NCBI GenBank assembly: GCA_020697515.1
Contig: JAIXNB010000036.1
Location: 1 to 13,717, forward strand
Direction of reading: 5' to 3'
DNA: 13,717 nucleotides
Source: Nanobdellota archaeon
GTDB taxonomy: Archaea; Nanobdellota; Nanobdellia; Nanobdellales; Nanobdellaceae
The translations under genes were made by a program, and so were the position numbers. Shown here one piece after another: positions 13,435-13,717 of the stretch (position 1 is its first letter; each line of letters begins with the position of its first letter). The notes under the pieces are model-generated. The model searched no databases. It worked only from the letters and a program-made list of their open reading frames with translations, and was not told the DNA's origin.

Positions 13435-13717
13435 CCCTTTAGTTTTAGCTCAACTATATCCATGTCTTCCAATAGATAGTTCAAACCCACTCTTACTTTT
13501 TTACCTCTCCTAATAATTTTAGCGAAAACAAATTTATCTAACCATGACTCATTTAGTTTCTCAATAAAATTTTTGACAGTGGATCCTTTTTCAAGTAATA
13601 CAGCTCTATCAGAGTTTACAGGAAAAACCCTAATTAATCCTAATTTTTTTATAATAATTTCTAATAGGTTGTCTACATCAATATCCTTAAAATCATCATA
13701 TTTGTTGATAATTATAG
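13431..13717 (-). CDS. C-terminal part (TGS domain) of a DRG/Obg-family GTP-binding protein, truncated at its 5' end by the window edge
   Basis: The minus strand is open from the window end and reads ...LGLIRVFPVNSDRAVLLEKGSTVKNFIEKLNESWLDKFVFAKIIRRGKKVRVGLNYLLEDMDIVELKLKG*. This matches the TGS-domain tail pattern (IRVY....P..L..GSTV.D.A..IH.....F.YA.VWG......RVG..H.L.D.D.V.I). It is missing from the ORF track because no start codon falls within the window. Its stop overlaps the convergent gene's stop. Confidence 0.72.
   Translation of the reverse strand, partial: IIINKYDDFKDIDVDNLLEIIIKKLGLIRVFPVNSDRAVLLEKGSTVKNFIEKLNESWLDKFVFAKIIRRGKKVRVGLNYLLEDMDIVELKLKG

Overview
This is a compact, AT-rich archaeal chromosomal segment of about 30% GC by eye. 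Both tRNA genes are strikingly GC-rich, which suggests a (hyper)thermophile. Most of the window is informational housekeeping. It encodes AspRS, GluRS, the CCA-adding enzyme, inorganic pyrophosphatase and RNA polymerase subunits E' and P. It also encodes Spt4, ribosomal proteins eS17 and eL43 (L37Ae), Alba, prefoldin beta and SepF. A ZPR1-type zinc-finger protein, a likely Pcc1, a small Lrp/AsnC RAM-domain protein and the C-terminus of a DRG-type GTPase complete the set. The two tRNAs are Gly-GCC and an intron-containing initiator-type Met-CAT. Genes are packed tightly: neighbouring starts and stops overlap by 4-8 nt, convergent genes share stop-codon bases, and TATA boxes about 25 nt upstream of ATGs suggest leaderless mRNAs. 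Canonical operon order is scrambled. The scrambling and signs of gene decay resemble a reduced DPANN/Nanoarchaeota-like genome, but that is inference only. Five things stand out against this background. (1) An apparently intact stand-alone cas6 has no CRISPR array or other cas gene in view and sits between two unusually long non-coding flanks. (2) A roughly 1 kb gene-free stretch carries long minus-strand reading frames riddled with stops and frameshifts. (3) An initiator-type tRNA-Met carries an 18-nt intron at 37/38 that folds into a perfect hBHBh' motif. (4) A PlsY-family membrane-protein gene is broken at a T4 run and its glycine-rich motifs are eroded. (5) A coiled-coil protein with a Pro/Gln-rich linker shares an N-terminal motif with the SepF homologue. 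I found no rRNA, CRISPR array or recognisable mobile element. All homology calls are made by eye from the translations and need profile searches to confirm.
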